NCBI GenBank assembly: GCA_038246615.1
Contig: JBBRVT010000001.1
Location: forward strand, 1 to 36,835
Origin: Burkholderiales bacterium
GTDB lineage: Bacteria; Pseudomonadota; Gammaproteobacteria; Burkholderiales; Burkholderiaceae_C
Direction of reading: 5' to 3'
Length of the DNA stretch: 36,835 bases
Shown: piece by piece, positions 27,548 to 36,835 of the stretch
Layout of the letters: each line of letters starts with the position of its first letter
Position numbering within the stretch: position 1 is the first letter of the stretch
Notes under the pieces: generated by a model
Told to the model about the DNA's origin: nothing
Database searches by the model: none
What the model saw: only the letters and a program-made list of their open reading frames with translations
Translations under genes and position numbers: made by a program

Positions 27548-28219
27548 ATGCAGCGCGACGACAGCCTGCGCCAGCAGGTGGCCGACAGCCTGGCAGCCTG
27601 GCCGCTGCACGCGCCCGAGACCAGCGGCCTGAAGCTGGCTGCGGTGGCACTGACCATCACCGACGAAGGCCCTGGCTGCGGGCTGTGGGGCCTGCAGCGT
27701 GCTGACTCACCCCGTGGCCACTGGAGCACCCAGGCGGCGCTGATCCTCACCCGCCGCGCCAAGAGCCTGCGCGGCCATGCCGGCCAGTGGGCGCTGCCGG
27801 GCGGGCGCATCGACGACGGCGAAACGCCCGAGCAGACCGCGCTGCGCGAACTGCAGGAAGAGGTCGACCTGCAGCTGACCCCCGCCGACGTGCTGGGCCG
27901 GCTCGACACCTTCATCACCCGCTCGGGCTATGCCATCACCCCGGTGGTGGTGTGGGGCGGCGCAGCGCGCCAGCTCAAGGGCAACCCGGCCGAGGTGGCC
28001 AGCATCCACCGCATCCCGGTGAAGGAATTCCTGCGCGCCGACTCGCCGATCCTCGAACCGCTGGAGGGCAGCGAACACCCGGTGCTGAAGATGCCGGTGG
28101 GCGACAACTGGATCGCCGCGCCCACCGCAGCGCTGATCTACCAGTTCCGCGAGGTCTGCGTGCTCGGCCGGCCCACCCGGGTGGCGCACTACGAGCAGCC
28201 GCGCTTTGCCTGGAAGTGA
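27548..28219 (+). CDS. CoA pyrophosphatase-type Nudix hydrolase
   Basis: LTRR...LR.H.GQ.ALPGG (NuCoA motif), then the Nudix box GRIDDGETPEQTALRELQEEV. Confidence 0.9.
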   Translation: MQRDDSLRQQVADSLAAWPLHAPETSGLKLAAVALTITDEGPGCGLWGLQRADSPRGHWSTQAALILTRRAKSLRGHAGQWALPGGRIDDGETPEQTALRELQEEVDLQLTPADVLGRLDTFITRSGYAITPVVVWGGAARQLKGNPAEVASIHRIPVKEFLRADSPILEPLEGSEHPVLKMPVGDNWIAAPTAALIYQFREVCVLGRPTRVAHYEQPRFAWK

Positions 28220-28229
28220 TCGCCTGACC

Positions 28230-28715
28230 ATGCCCGACCCCACCCCCGCCCAGGTGCTGGCGCATCTGCGTGCTGCCAATGCGGTGGCGGCGCAGGCGCT
28301 GGCCGCCGGCCACCACCCCTTCGGCGCCATCCTGGTGGCGGCCGACCATGCAACCGTGCTGCTCAGCCAGGGCAATGTGGACGCCGTCAACCATGCCGAG
28401 GCGGTGCTGGCGCGCCTTGCAGCCACGCGCTTCACACCCGCCGAGCTGTGGGGCTGCACCCTCTACTCCACGGTGGAGCCCTGCGCCATGTGCGCCGGCA
28501 CGCAGTACTGGGCGCACATCGGCCGGGTGGTCTACGGCATGGCTGAATCGCGCCTGCTGGCCATCACCGGCAACCATGCCGAGAACCCCACGCTGGACCT
28601 GCCCTGCCGCGAGGTGTTTGCCCGCGGCCAGAAGGCGATCGACGTGATCGGCCCGGTGGCCGCCGTCGAGGCCGAGATTGCCGCGCTGCACCTGCAGTTC
28701 TGGCAACGCAACTGA
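28230..28715 (+). CDS. Zn-dependent nucleoside/nucleotide deaminase (CDA/TadA superfamily)
   Basis: PFGA, HAE, EPCAMC. Confidence 0.9.
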   Translation: MPDPTPAQVLAHLRAANAVAAQALAAGHHPFGAILVAADHATVLLSQGNVDAVNHAEAVLARLAATRFTPAELWGCTLYSTVEPCAMCAGTQYWAHIGRVVYGMAESRLLAITGNHAENPTLDLPCREVFARGQKAIDVIGPVAAVEAEIAALHLQFWQRN

Positions 28716-28742
28716 CCACCCGAACCCGAGGAGACACACCCC

Positions 28743-29480
28743 ATGATCGAGCACCACATCGACATCCCCACCGCCGACGGCCCGATGAACACCTTCGTGG
28801 TGTACCCCGACGAGGGCGGCCCGCACCCGGTCGTCCTGTTCTACATGGACGCGCCCGGCAAGCGTGAAGAGCTGCACGACATGGCACGCCGCCTGGCCAG
28901 CGTGGGCTACTGCGTGGTGCTGCCCAATTTGTACCACCGCCGCACCCCCGACTACTGGCTGAAAGAGCGCACCGAAGAGGGCTTTGCCGAGATGTTCGGC
29001 CACATGCATTCGCTGAACGCACACACCGTGGAAGTGGACACCGCTGCGATGCTGGCCTGTGCGGACGCGCTGCCGGCGGCCGACAGCACGCGCGTCGGCG
29101 CAGTCGGCTACTGCATGAGCGGGCCCTTCGTGGTGTGGGCGGCAGCGGCCTTTCCCACGCGGCTGCGCTGCATCGCGTCGGTCTACGGCGCCAACATGGT
29201 CACCGACGCGGCCGATTCACCGCACAAGGTGGTGCCGCAGGTGCAGTGCGCGAGCTACTTCGCCTGCGCCGAGCACGACAAATGGGCCACGCCCGAGCAG
29301 ATGGCCACGCTGCAGGCAGCGCTGGTGGCCGGCGGTGCGCCGCACCGGCTGGAGTGGTACCCCGGCGCCCAGCACGGTTTTGCCTTCCCGCTGCGCGCCG
29401 GCATCTACGACAAGCCGTCGGCCGAGCGCCACTGGGCGCGGCTGTTCAGCTTGTTTGCCAAGCATCTCGCTGCCGCCTGA
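28743..29480 (+). CDS. Dienelactone hydrolase family protein
   Basis: YMDAPG.R, GY.V.LPNLY, GYCMSG, HGFAF. RBS GAGGAG. Confidence 0.92.
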   Translation: MIEHHIDIPTADGPMNTFVVYPDEGGPHPVVLFYMDAPGKREELHDMARRLASVGYCVVLPNLYHRRTPDYWLKERTEEGFAEMFGHMHSLNAHTVEVDTAAMLACADALPAADSTRVGAVGYCMSGPFVVWAAAAFPTRLRCIASVYGANMVTDAADSPHKVVPQVQCASYFACAEHDKWATPEQMATLQAALVAGGAPHRLEWYPGAQHGFAFPLRAGIYDKPSAERHWARLFSLFAKHLAAA

Positions 29481-29589
29481 CCGCAGGCACGGCCCAGATC
29501 CGGTTGGCGCCGTGGATCCGGCTCTGCCGGGCCGCTGGGGCCGCTGGGGCCGCGCCCCTGGAGTGCGCGCCGCAGGCGCTGCGGGCGGG

Positions 29590-32445
29590 TCAAGTCATCA
29601 CGCCGAGCCGCCGCGCAATCGCCACCGCTTGCGTGCGGCTGCGCGCGCCCAGCTTCAGGTTGATGTTGCGCAGGTGGGTGCGCACCGTGCTGTCGCTGAC
29701 GAACAGCTTGTCGGCCATCACGCTGTTGCTGTAGCCCTCGGCCAGCAGCTGCAGCACGCGGATCTCCTTGCGGGTGAGCGGCTCGTCCAGCGCGGCGCCG
29801 GGTGCGGCCGGCAGCGCGGCCGGCGCCGCATCGTCGGCCAGCGGTTCGTCGCCGGCCAGTGCGATCAGCCGCTGCAGGCAGTCGTCGACCAGCGGGTCGA
29901 CGCGCTCACCGGGTGTTGCATGCAGCGCGGCCTGGGTGCGGCGCAGCAGCGTTCCCACCGCCGGGCCTTCGTCGAGCAGCAGGCGCACATAGCCTTCGGC
30001 CTGGGCCACCTGCAGCACCCGGCCGGTGAGGGCCAGCGCCGCGTCCAGATCAGCCGGGCTGCCGGCGCGCTGCAGCGCCAGCGCCTGCAGCACCTGCAGC
30101 TTCAAGGCCCGGCCCTGGCGCTGGGCCGCGTGTGCCTGGGCGGCAGCGGCGGCGGCGGCGCGGGCGGCGGCGGCCGGGTCGCCGAACAGCACCTGCCAGC
30201 GCAGCCGGCCGATGGGCATGTCTTCCACGTCATGCGCGCTGAACTGGTGGCGCGCCACCCGCTGCCATACGGCGGTGTCGTCGGCGCGGTCCAGCGCCTG
30301 GGCGGCGGCCTCGGCCTGGCCCTGCAGCATCAGCACCCGGGCGCGCTCCAGCCGGGCGCTGGCCACCACCCGCGGCAGCTGGCGGTGGTGGCCCAGGTGT
30401 TCCAGTTCAGTGACGAACTGCAGCGCCGCGTCGATGTCGCCGCGGTCGAAGGCGATGCGGGCGCACATCACATGGCTCAGGATCATGTGGTCGGGCAGGC
30501 CGACGTCGCGCGCCAGCGGCAGGTAGACGTTGAGCAGGTGCTCGGCCTGCGCCAGCTGGTGCGCTTCATAGACCACGCCGGCATACAGCACGCCGGCCCA
30601 GGCATTGCCATGGGTGGGCTGCCAGGCTGCTGCGCCCGGCATGGCCCCCGGCGCCGCCGCCATGCCCAGTGCCAGCCGGAAGCGCGCGGTGGCCTGGCGC
30701 AGCCGGCCCTGCTGCAGGTCGAGCAGGCCTTCCACCGACTCGGTGTACATGCGGTTGAAGCCATGGCTGTGCAGATCACTCGCCGGCTGGCCGCGGCGCG
30801 CTGCGTCCAGCAGGCGCCGGGCCTGGGCGCGCTCGCCCAGCACGCCCATCACGTGCGCCATCACGTTGCACAGCACGTTGTCGGCAAAGCGCTGGCCGGT
30901 GGGCACCCGGGCCAGCGCCTCGCGGCCCAGGTCGGCGGCGTCTTCCACCCGGTCCATCATCGCCAGCAGCATGGGCTGCAGGGCGTTGACATGGGCGCGC
31001 ACCGCCGCGTCGGAACTGCTGGCGCAGCCCGACTGCTGCAATTGCTCCATCGCCGCCCAGGGCCCGCGGGTGAGGTTGCTGGCCCACAGCGAGACCACCT
31101 GCAGCATCGGCTGCTCGGCCAGCGCGGCCGCGCCTTCAGCGCTTTGCAGCGCGGCGAACCAGCGTGCCAGCAGGCGCATGCGGCCCTGCTCGAGAAAGCC
31201 CATCGCCTGGCCGGCCAGCAGGTGGATGGCATGCGGCGCGTCGCCGCCCTCGATGGCATGGTCGATCGCCGGCACCGGCCGGCCCTGGCTTTCATACCAG
31301 CCCGAGGCGGCCAGGTGCAGCCGTGCCAGCGCGTCGGGCTGCTCGCGCGCCAGCTGCGCGCGCAGGAAGTCGGCGAACAGGCTGTGGTAGCGCCACTCTC
31401 GCCAATCCCGCGCGGCCGGCGCGGTGCCGGCGGTTGCCGCCCGCTGGCCGATGGCCGTGATGAACAGGCCGGCCGCGTCCAGCTGGGCCAGGATCTGTGC
31501 CGCGTCGCTGCGCGGCGTCAGCGCCTGGCACAGCGGCGCATTGAACTGCCGCAGGATGCTGGTGCGCAGCAGGAAGTCGCGCACCTCGGGGCTCTGGCGG
31601 GCCAGCACGTCCTCGGCCAGGAAGTCGGCCACCGCCCGGTTGCTGCCGGAGAACTGGGCGATGAAGCCGGCCACGCTGCCTTGCCGGGCGATCACCGAAT
31701 CGAGCGCCATCGAGGCCAGCCACAGTGCGGCCACCCAGCCCTCGGTCTTGGCGTGCAGCGGGTCGACCTGGGCGGCCAGGTCGCCGGGCGCGCTGGTGCC
31801 GTTGGCCGGCCAGCGCAGCGCCAGGAACTGCCGTGTCTCGTCACGCGAAAAGCGCAGCAACTCGGTGTCGATCTCCAGCAGCTGGCCGGCCATGCGCAGC
31901 CGGCCCAGGCCCAGGTCGGGCAGGCTGCGCGAGCCCAGCACCAGCTGGCCGCGGCGTGGCAGCTGGTCGATGATCTCGCGCACCAGGCCCAGCACGGCCG
32001 GCTCGGTGATCAGCTCGAAGTCGTCGAGGAACAGCGCAAACGGCGCACCGTGGCTGGCCAGCCCGTCCACCAGCGGCATGGCCGGGCCGCCCAGGCCGGG
32101 GCCGGGCTGGGCGGCGGGCACGCCCGGGCGGCCGGTGATCTGCGCCACCGCCTGCTGCAGGCAGGCCAGGAAGCGCGGCACATCGTTGTCGGTGCGCTCC
32201 AGGGTCAGCCAGGCGGTGGCCACACCGTCGGCGGCCAGCTGCTCGCGCGCCTGCACCATCGCCGTGGTCTTGCCGAAGCCGGCCGGCGCGCGCACCAGCA
32301 GCAGCTTGACGCCGCCGGCATCGGCCATGCGGCGCACCACCGCGTGGCGCAGCACCTGCCGTGCCTGCGACAGCGGCGGGCTCAGTTTGGACAGCAGCGG
32401 CCCGAGAGGCAGGCCGAGCGCGGGCGGTGCGGGCGGTGCGGGCAT
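29590..32445 (-). CDS. MalT/AcoK-type large ATP-binding LuxR regulator
   Basis: Walker A APAGFGKTT, LFLDDF, TEGWVA, RYHSLF, and a C-terminal LuxR HTH (LT.KE..VL.LLAEG.SN..., TVRTHLRNINLKLG). Confidence 0.94.
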   Translation of the reverse strand: MPAPPAPPALGLPLGPLLSKLSPPLSQARQVLRHAVVRRMADAGGVKLLLVRAPAGFGKTTAMVQAREQLAADGVATAWLTLERTDNDVPRFLACLQQAVAQITGRPGVPAAQPGPGLGGPAMPLVDGLASHGAPFALFLDDFELITEPAVLGLVREIIDQLPRRGQLVLGSRSLPDLGLGRLRMAGQLLEIDTELLRFSRDETRQFLALRWPANGTSAPGDLAAQVDPLHAKTEGWVAALWLASMALDSVIARQGSVAGFIAQFSGSNRAVADFLAEDVLARQSPEVRDFLLRTSILRQFNAPLCQALTPRSDAAQILAQLDAAGLFITAIGQRAATAGTAPAARDWREWRYHSLFADFLRAQLAREQPDALARLHLAASGWYESQGRPVPAIDHAIEGGDAPHAIHLLAGQAMGFLEQGRMRLLARWFAALQSAEGAAALAEQPMLQVVSLWASNLTRGPWAAMEQLQQSGCASSSDAAVRAHVNALQPMLLAMMDRVEDAADLGREALARVPTGQRFADNVLCNVMAHVMGVLGERAQARRLLDAARRGQPASDLHSHGFNRMYTESVEGLLDLQQGRLRQATARFRLALGMAAAPGAMPGAAAWQPTHGNAWAGVLYAGVVYEAHQLAQAEHLLNVYLPLARDVGLPDHMILSHVMCARIAFDRGDIDAALQFVTELEHLGHHRQLPRVVASARLERARVLMLQGQAEAAAQALDRADDTAVWQRVARHQFSAHDVEDMPIGRLRWQVLFGDPAAAARAAAAAAAQAHAAQRQGRALKLQVLQALALQRAGSPADLDAALALTGRVLQVAQAEGYVRLLLDEGPAVGTLLRRTQAALHATPGERVDPLVDDCLQRLIALAGDEPLADDAAPAALPAAPGAALDEPLTRKEIRVLQLLAEGYSNSVMADKLFVSDSTVRTHLRNINLKLGARSRTQAVAIARRLGVMT

Positions 32446-32499
32446 CGTGGCGGATTCTGACCCAGCCCCCTACCGGCGGGCCTGCACAATCGGGACACC

Positions 32500-33435
32500 A
32501 TGCCCGATGCCCCCAGCACCCCCCCGACCGAGGCCGCCGGCAGCCCCGACGACGACACCCTGCGGGCGCTGCACGACCTGGTCGACCTGCTGCGGCTGGA
32601 GCCGCTGGAGCACAACCTGTTCCGCGGCCGCAGCCGCGACCACGGCGGCCAGGCGGTGTTCGGCGGCCAGGTGCTGGGCCAGGCGCTGATGGCCGCCGGG
32701 CGCACCGTCGACCCGGCGCACCAGGTGCACTCGCTGCACGGCTACTTCCTGCGCGCGGGCGACAAGTCCATGCCCATCGTCTACGACGTCGACCGCATCC
32801 GCGACGGCGCCAGCTTCACCACCCGCCGGGTGGTGGCGATCCAGCACGGCCAGGCGATCTTCCACATGTCGGCCTCGTTCCAGAAGCGCGAGGGCGGCCC
32901 GACGCACCAGGACACGATGCCCGCTGCCCCGCCGCCCGAGAGCCTGGAGGACGACCACCAGCGCGAGCGCCGCACGGCCGACCGCATGCCCGCCTGGCGC
33001 CAGCACTACCTGCAGCAGGCCCAGCCGATGCAGAGCCGCGCCGTCAACCCGACCGACCCGTTTGCGCCGGTGCCCTTGCCGGCCCAGGCTCTGCACTGGA
33101 TGCGCGCGCCGCACCCGCTGCCCGACGACCCGCTGCTGCACCAGGCCCTGCTGGCCTATGCCAGCGACTGGAGCCTGATGGGCGTGGCGATGCGCCCGCA
33201 TGCGCTGAGCTGGCAGCAGGGCAACGTGCAGGGCGTCAGCCTGGACCACGCAATGTGGTTCCACCGCGACTTCCGCTTCGACGAATGGCTGCTCTACCAG
33301 AGCGATTCACCCAGCCTGAGCGGCGCGCGCGGCTTCTGCCGGGGCAGCCTGTGGCGCCGTGACGGCGCGCTGGTGGCCAGCGTGGCGCAGGAAGGGCTGA
33401 TCCGCATCCGCCCGCCGCAGCCGCCTGCGGTTTGA
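32500..33435 (+). CDS. tesB: Acyl-CoA thioesterase II
   Basis: VFGGQVLGQAL, HSLHGYFLR.GD, RDG.SFTTRRV, LAYASD, SLDHAMWFH, QEGLIR. Confidence 0.93.
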   Translation: MPDAPSTPPTEAAGSPDDDTLRALHDLVDLLRLEPLEHNLFRGRSRDHGGQAVFGGQVLGQALMAAGRTVDPAHQVHSLHGYFLRAGDKSMPIVYDVDRIRDGASFTTRRVVAIQHGQAIFHMSASFQKREGGPTHQDTMPAAPPPESLEDDHQRERRTADRMPAWRQHYLQQAQPMQSRAVNPTDPFAPVPLPAQALHWMRAPHPLPDDPLLHQALLAYASDWSLMGVAMRPHALSWQQGNVQGVSLDHAMWFHRDFRFDEWLLYQSDSPSLSGARGFCRGSLWRRDGALVASVAQEGLIRIRPPQPPAV

Positions 33436-33529
33436 GCATAGCGCGCAACTTCGTCGATTCGGACGATGGCCGGTCGCTGCCCGGCTGGGTAGGGTGCCAG
33501 CCTGTCCAAACCTCCGGCAAAGCCCCGCC

Positions 33530-34312
<783 letters not shown>

Positions 34313-34333
34313 GCGTCTGAGCCCAGCCGAGGT

Positions 34334-34421
34334 GCCGCGTCGGGGCGCTGTTAAGGCGCTGGTGGGGCGCTGTCGGGGCGCTGGCAAGGCGCTGTCGGGA
34401 CGCTGGTGGGGTCCTGGTGCG
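34334..34421 (+). repeat. Degenerate 11-bp tandem repeat (GCGCTG-N4-G), 6-8 units
   Basis: Units at 34345, 34356, 34367, 34378, 34389 and 34400, with degenerate flanking units at 34334 and 34411. Confidence 0.85.
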
Positions 34422-34458
34422 ATGATCCGGCGGTGAAGACGCTTCCGATTTCCGCCGC

Positions 34459-35073
34459 ATGCTCGACCGCCCGGCGCAGGCGCTGATCGCCCCGGCGCTG
34501 CAGGCTGCCGGCCGCTTGCTGGTGCGGCGTGGCGTGGGCGCCGACACCATCACCTGGGCCGGCTTCGCGCTGGGGCTGGCCGGTGCCGCCTGCATTGCCT
34601 TGCACCAGCCGCTGGCCGCGCTGGCGTTGATCCTGGCCAGCCGCCTGTGCGACGGCCTGGACGGCGCGGTGGCCCGGCTCACCGCGCCCACCGACCGCGG
34701 CGCCTTTCTCGACATCACGCTCGACTTCCTGTTCTACGCCAGCATTCCGCTGGCGTTTGCGCTGGCCGACCCGGCGGCCAATGCGCTGGCCGCAGCGGTG
34801 CTGCTGGCGGCCTTCATCGGCACCGGCAGCAGCTTTCTGGCGTTTGCGGTGCTCGCCGAGCGCCGCGGGCTCCGGAGCCTGGCTTACCCCAGCAAGGGCC
34901 TGTACTACCTGGGCGGCCTGACCGAGGCCGGCGAGACGCTGGTCTGCTTCACGGCGATGTGCCTGTGGCCGCAGGCCTTCGCGCCGCTGGCCGTGGGCTT
35001 TGCGGCGCTGTGCGGGTTGACGCTGCTGGCACGGCTGCGCGCCGGCTGGCTGGCATTCGGGGTGAGGGCATGA
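34459..35073 (+). CDS. CDP-alcohol phosphatidyltransferase family protein (YnjF-like)
   Basis: DGLDGAVAR...TDRGAFLDITLD motif; FIGTGSSFLAFA...K.LYYLGGLTE..ET tail characteristic of YnjF-like proteins. Confidence 0.9.
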   Translation: MLDRPAQALIAPALQAAGRLLVRRGVGADTITWAGFALGLAGAACIALHQPLAALALILASRLCDGLDGAVARLTAPTDRGAFLDITLDFLFYASIPLAFALADPAANALAAAVLLAAFIGTGSSFLAFAVLAERRGLRSLAYPSKGLYYLGGLTEAGETLVCFTAMCLWPQAFAPLAVGFAALCGLTLLARLRAGWLAFGVRA

Positions 35074-35831
35074 GGGGTGCGGGCATCAGGGGTGCAGCCC
35101 TGCGGAGCTTGAACCAGTGGCTGGCGGCCACGCTGCTGCTGGCTGCCGGTGCGGCACAGGCTGCCGGGCCGCTGCTGGCGGCGCTGGCCGCGCCGGCAGC
35201 AGGCGACGCGCAGCCCCAGGCGCCCTGGCATCTGGTGGGCCTGCCGCAACAGAGCCTGCCCGTCACCCGCTACAGCGTGGTGCAGCTGGACGGCGAACGG
35301 GTGCTGCGGGTGGATGCACGCGCCAGCTATGGCAACCTGGTGCATCCGGTGCTGGACAACCCCGGCGCGCATCTGCTGCGCTGGCGCTGGCGGCTTGACA
35401 CGCCCAACCGTGCAGCCGACCTGCGCCGCAAGGACAGCGACGACAGCCCGGTGAAGGTGTGCGTGCTGTTCGACCTGCCCGCCACGGCGGTGCCTTTTCT
35501 CGAGCGCCAGGTGCTGCGCATCGCGCGCCTGCGCACCGGCGAGCTGCTGCCGGCGGCCAGCGTCTGCTACGTCTGGGATGCGCACCTGCCTGCCGGCACG
35601 GTGCTGGACAACGCCTACAGCCGGCGCATCCGCATGGTCGTGCTGCGCGGTCCGGAGGCGCCGCTGCAAACCTGGCAGACCGAGCAGCGGGATGTCCGGG
35701 CCGACTTCCTGCGGCTGTTCGGGGACGAGGCGAGCGCGTCGGTGCCGCTGGTGGGCGTGGCCATCGCCGGCGATGCCGACAACACCCAGGGCCAGAGTCT
35801 GGCGCACGTGGGCGCCATCACGCTGGATTGA
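35070..35831 (+). CDS. DUF3047 family exported protein
   Basis: Signal peptide; L.WRWR, ADLRRK..DD.P.KV.V.F, YVWD, W.TE.RD...DF...FG, GVAI..DADNT; ATGA overlap with the YnjF-like gene. Confidence 0.85.
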   Translation: MRGAGIRGAALRSLNQWLAATLLLAAGAAQAAGPLLAALAAPAAGDAQPQAPWHLVGLPQQSLPVTRYSVVQLDGERVLRVDARASYGNLVHPVLDNPGAHLLRWRWRLDTPNRAADLRRKDSDDSPVKVCVLFDLPATAVPFLERQVLRIARLRTGELLPAASVCYVWDAHLPAGTVLDNAYSRRIRMVVLRGPEAPLQTWQTEQRDVRADFLRLFGDEASASVPLVGVAIAGDADNTQGQSLAHVGAITLD

Positions 35832-35852
35832 CCCACCGGCGCCCGGTGGGCG

Positions 35853-36311
35853 TCACTCGCGCCTGGAGCCGCGGAAGTCGTCGTGGCAGGACTTGCAGCT
35901 CTTGCCCAGCGCGCCCACGGCGGCCTTCAGCGCCTCCGGGTCGCCGCTGCGGGCCGCAACTTCGAGCTTGCCCGCCTCGGCCACCATCTTGTCGGAGGCC
36001 GCCTTGAACTTGGCGGCGTCCTTCCAGACCTCGTCCTTGGCGCGGTTGGGCGCGCCCTTGTCGGTGCCCGGTCCGAAGGCGGTGAACGGCAGCCGAGACA
36101 GGTTGCCCACCAACTCGGCGTTCTCGAGCGCGGCCTTGGCGTCGAAGGGCTGGATGCCCTGCGCCATCATCGCCACCCGGCTGAAGTGCGCGCCCAGCAC
36201 GCTGAACGCACCCTGGCGGTACTTGATGGCCTGTTCGGTGGTCTGGAACTGGGCCAGGGCGGGCAGGCACAGGCTGCCGAGCAGCAGGGCGGTGACTAAA
36301 CGAAGTTTCAT
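35853..36311 (-). CDS. Cytochrome c' (class II, c556-like)
   Basis: Signal peptide, AIKYRQ, VW.D..KF, C-terminal CKSCH. Confidence 0.93.
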   Translation of the reverse strand: MKLRLVTALLLGSLCLPALAQFQTTEQAIKYRQGAFSVLGAHFSRVAMMAQGIQPFDAKAALENAELVGNLSRLPFTAFGPGTDKGAPNRAKDEVWKDAAKFKAASDKMVAEAGKLEVAARSGDPEALKAAVGALGKSCKSCHDDFRGSRRE

Positions 36312-36601
36312 GGAAGCTCCTCAGTGGGCGGGAGGGTTGGGCCGCGCTGCCATGGGTCGGCCGACGGTTGTCCACGGTTTTCGGCCCCACGCGCCAACAC
36401 TTGAGCCCGCGTGCACACGGCGGTGCACTTCATGACATCGGACACAGCCGGCCGGCCGGCAGCCACTGAAAGTACTGATGCATCAAGATCCCCCGACAAC
36501 AGGCTGCGTCGGCTCGGGCCGAAATGCAACTGTGGCCGGTCCCTCTGACCCACTGCCGACCGGCGCCTGCCGGCACGTTGTCCTGGTTGACGGAGCCCTT
36601 G

Positions 36602-36835
36602 ATGTCCACTGCAGATCGCCTCCCCCCATTCGACCGCCTGGTCGCTCCGCTGCTGAATTTGCGCATCCGCACGCGGCTGGCGCTCGCCTTCAGCGGCGTG
36701 CTCGTGCTGATGCTGATCCTGGCGGGCTATGCCACCTTGCGCATGGACGAGGCGCGGGACCGCCTGTTCCATGTCACGCACAGCAACAACCAGCAGATCG
36801 CGCAGGTCAACAAGATGGTCTATTCGGTCAGCCAG
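36602..36835 (+). CDS. Methyl-accepting chemotaxis/sensor protein with a 4-helix-bundle sensor, 5' part (runs off the window)
   Basis: GGAG RBS; NLRIRTRLALAF plus TM helix (typical MCP start); open to the window end. Confidence 0.75.
   Translation, partial: MSTADRLPPFDRLVAPLLNLRIRTRLALAFSGVLVLMLILAGYATLRMDEARDRLFHVTHSNNQQIAQVNKMVYSVSQ

Noticed and set aside
29335-32460. 1041-aa plus-strand ORF and other long antisense ORFs (609-2579, 3252-4907, 6310-8049, 18736-20721, 19916-21694)
   Set aside because: Shadow frames of well-supported genes in high-GC DNA; no motifs of their own.
36483-36525. FliA/sigma28 promoter before the MCP-like gene (TCAAG...GCCGAAAT)
   Set aside because: The spacer is 30 bp rather than about 14-15.

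Overview
Very GC-rich chromosomal DNA. Gene content and protein style suggest a Burkholderiales betaproteobacterium (inference). About 35 intact CDSs: ychJ, an HSL-family esterase, tolB-pal-cpoB-tcdA, a GNAT, an N-acyl-D-amino-acid deacylase, a DedA/TVP38-flavoprotein disulfide reductase fusion, a DUF3179 CxxC protein, two dienelactone-hydrolase-family genes, a membrane diguanylate cyclase, a secreted protein/DUF2145/lipoprotein/ArsC-family run, and a ~16 kb acyl-CoA catabolic region (CoA ligase, three acyl-CoA dehydrogenases, two atypical crotonases, PaaI and TesB thioesterases, CoA Nudix, HSD10-type SDR, MalT-type regulator). It ends with a YnjF-like CDP-alcohol phosphotransferase plus DUF3047, cytochrome c' and the 5' end of an MCP-like gene. 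Four loci are decayed: truC-like pseudouridine synthase, fhs, a bufferin-type DUF692/DUF2063/DoxX RiPP cluster, and an MmeI-like restriction-modification C-terminus with an adjacent nucleotidyltransferase-like stub. There are many short tandem duplications. I found no tRNA, rRNA, CRISPR array or intact mobile element. The best candidates for uncharacterised systems are (i) the DedA-reductase fusion/DUF3179 (+ YnjF-like/DUF3047) envelope redox module, (ii) the Ser-rich secreted protein/DUF2145/lipoprotein module and (iii) an orphan gene with a sigma54-type promoter. Family calls come from motif recognition only; no searches were run.
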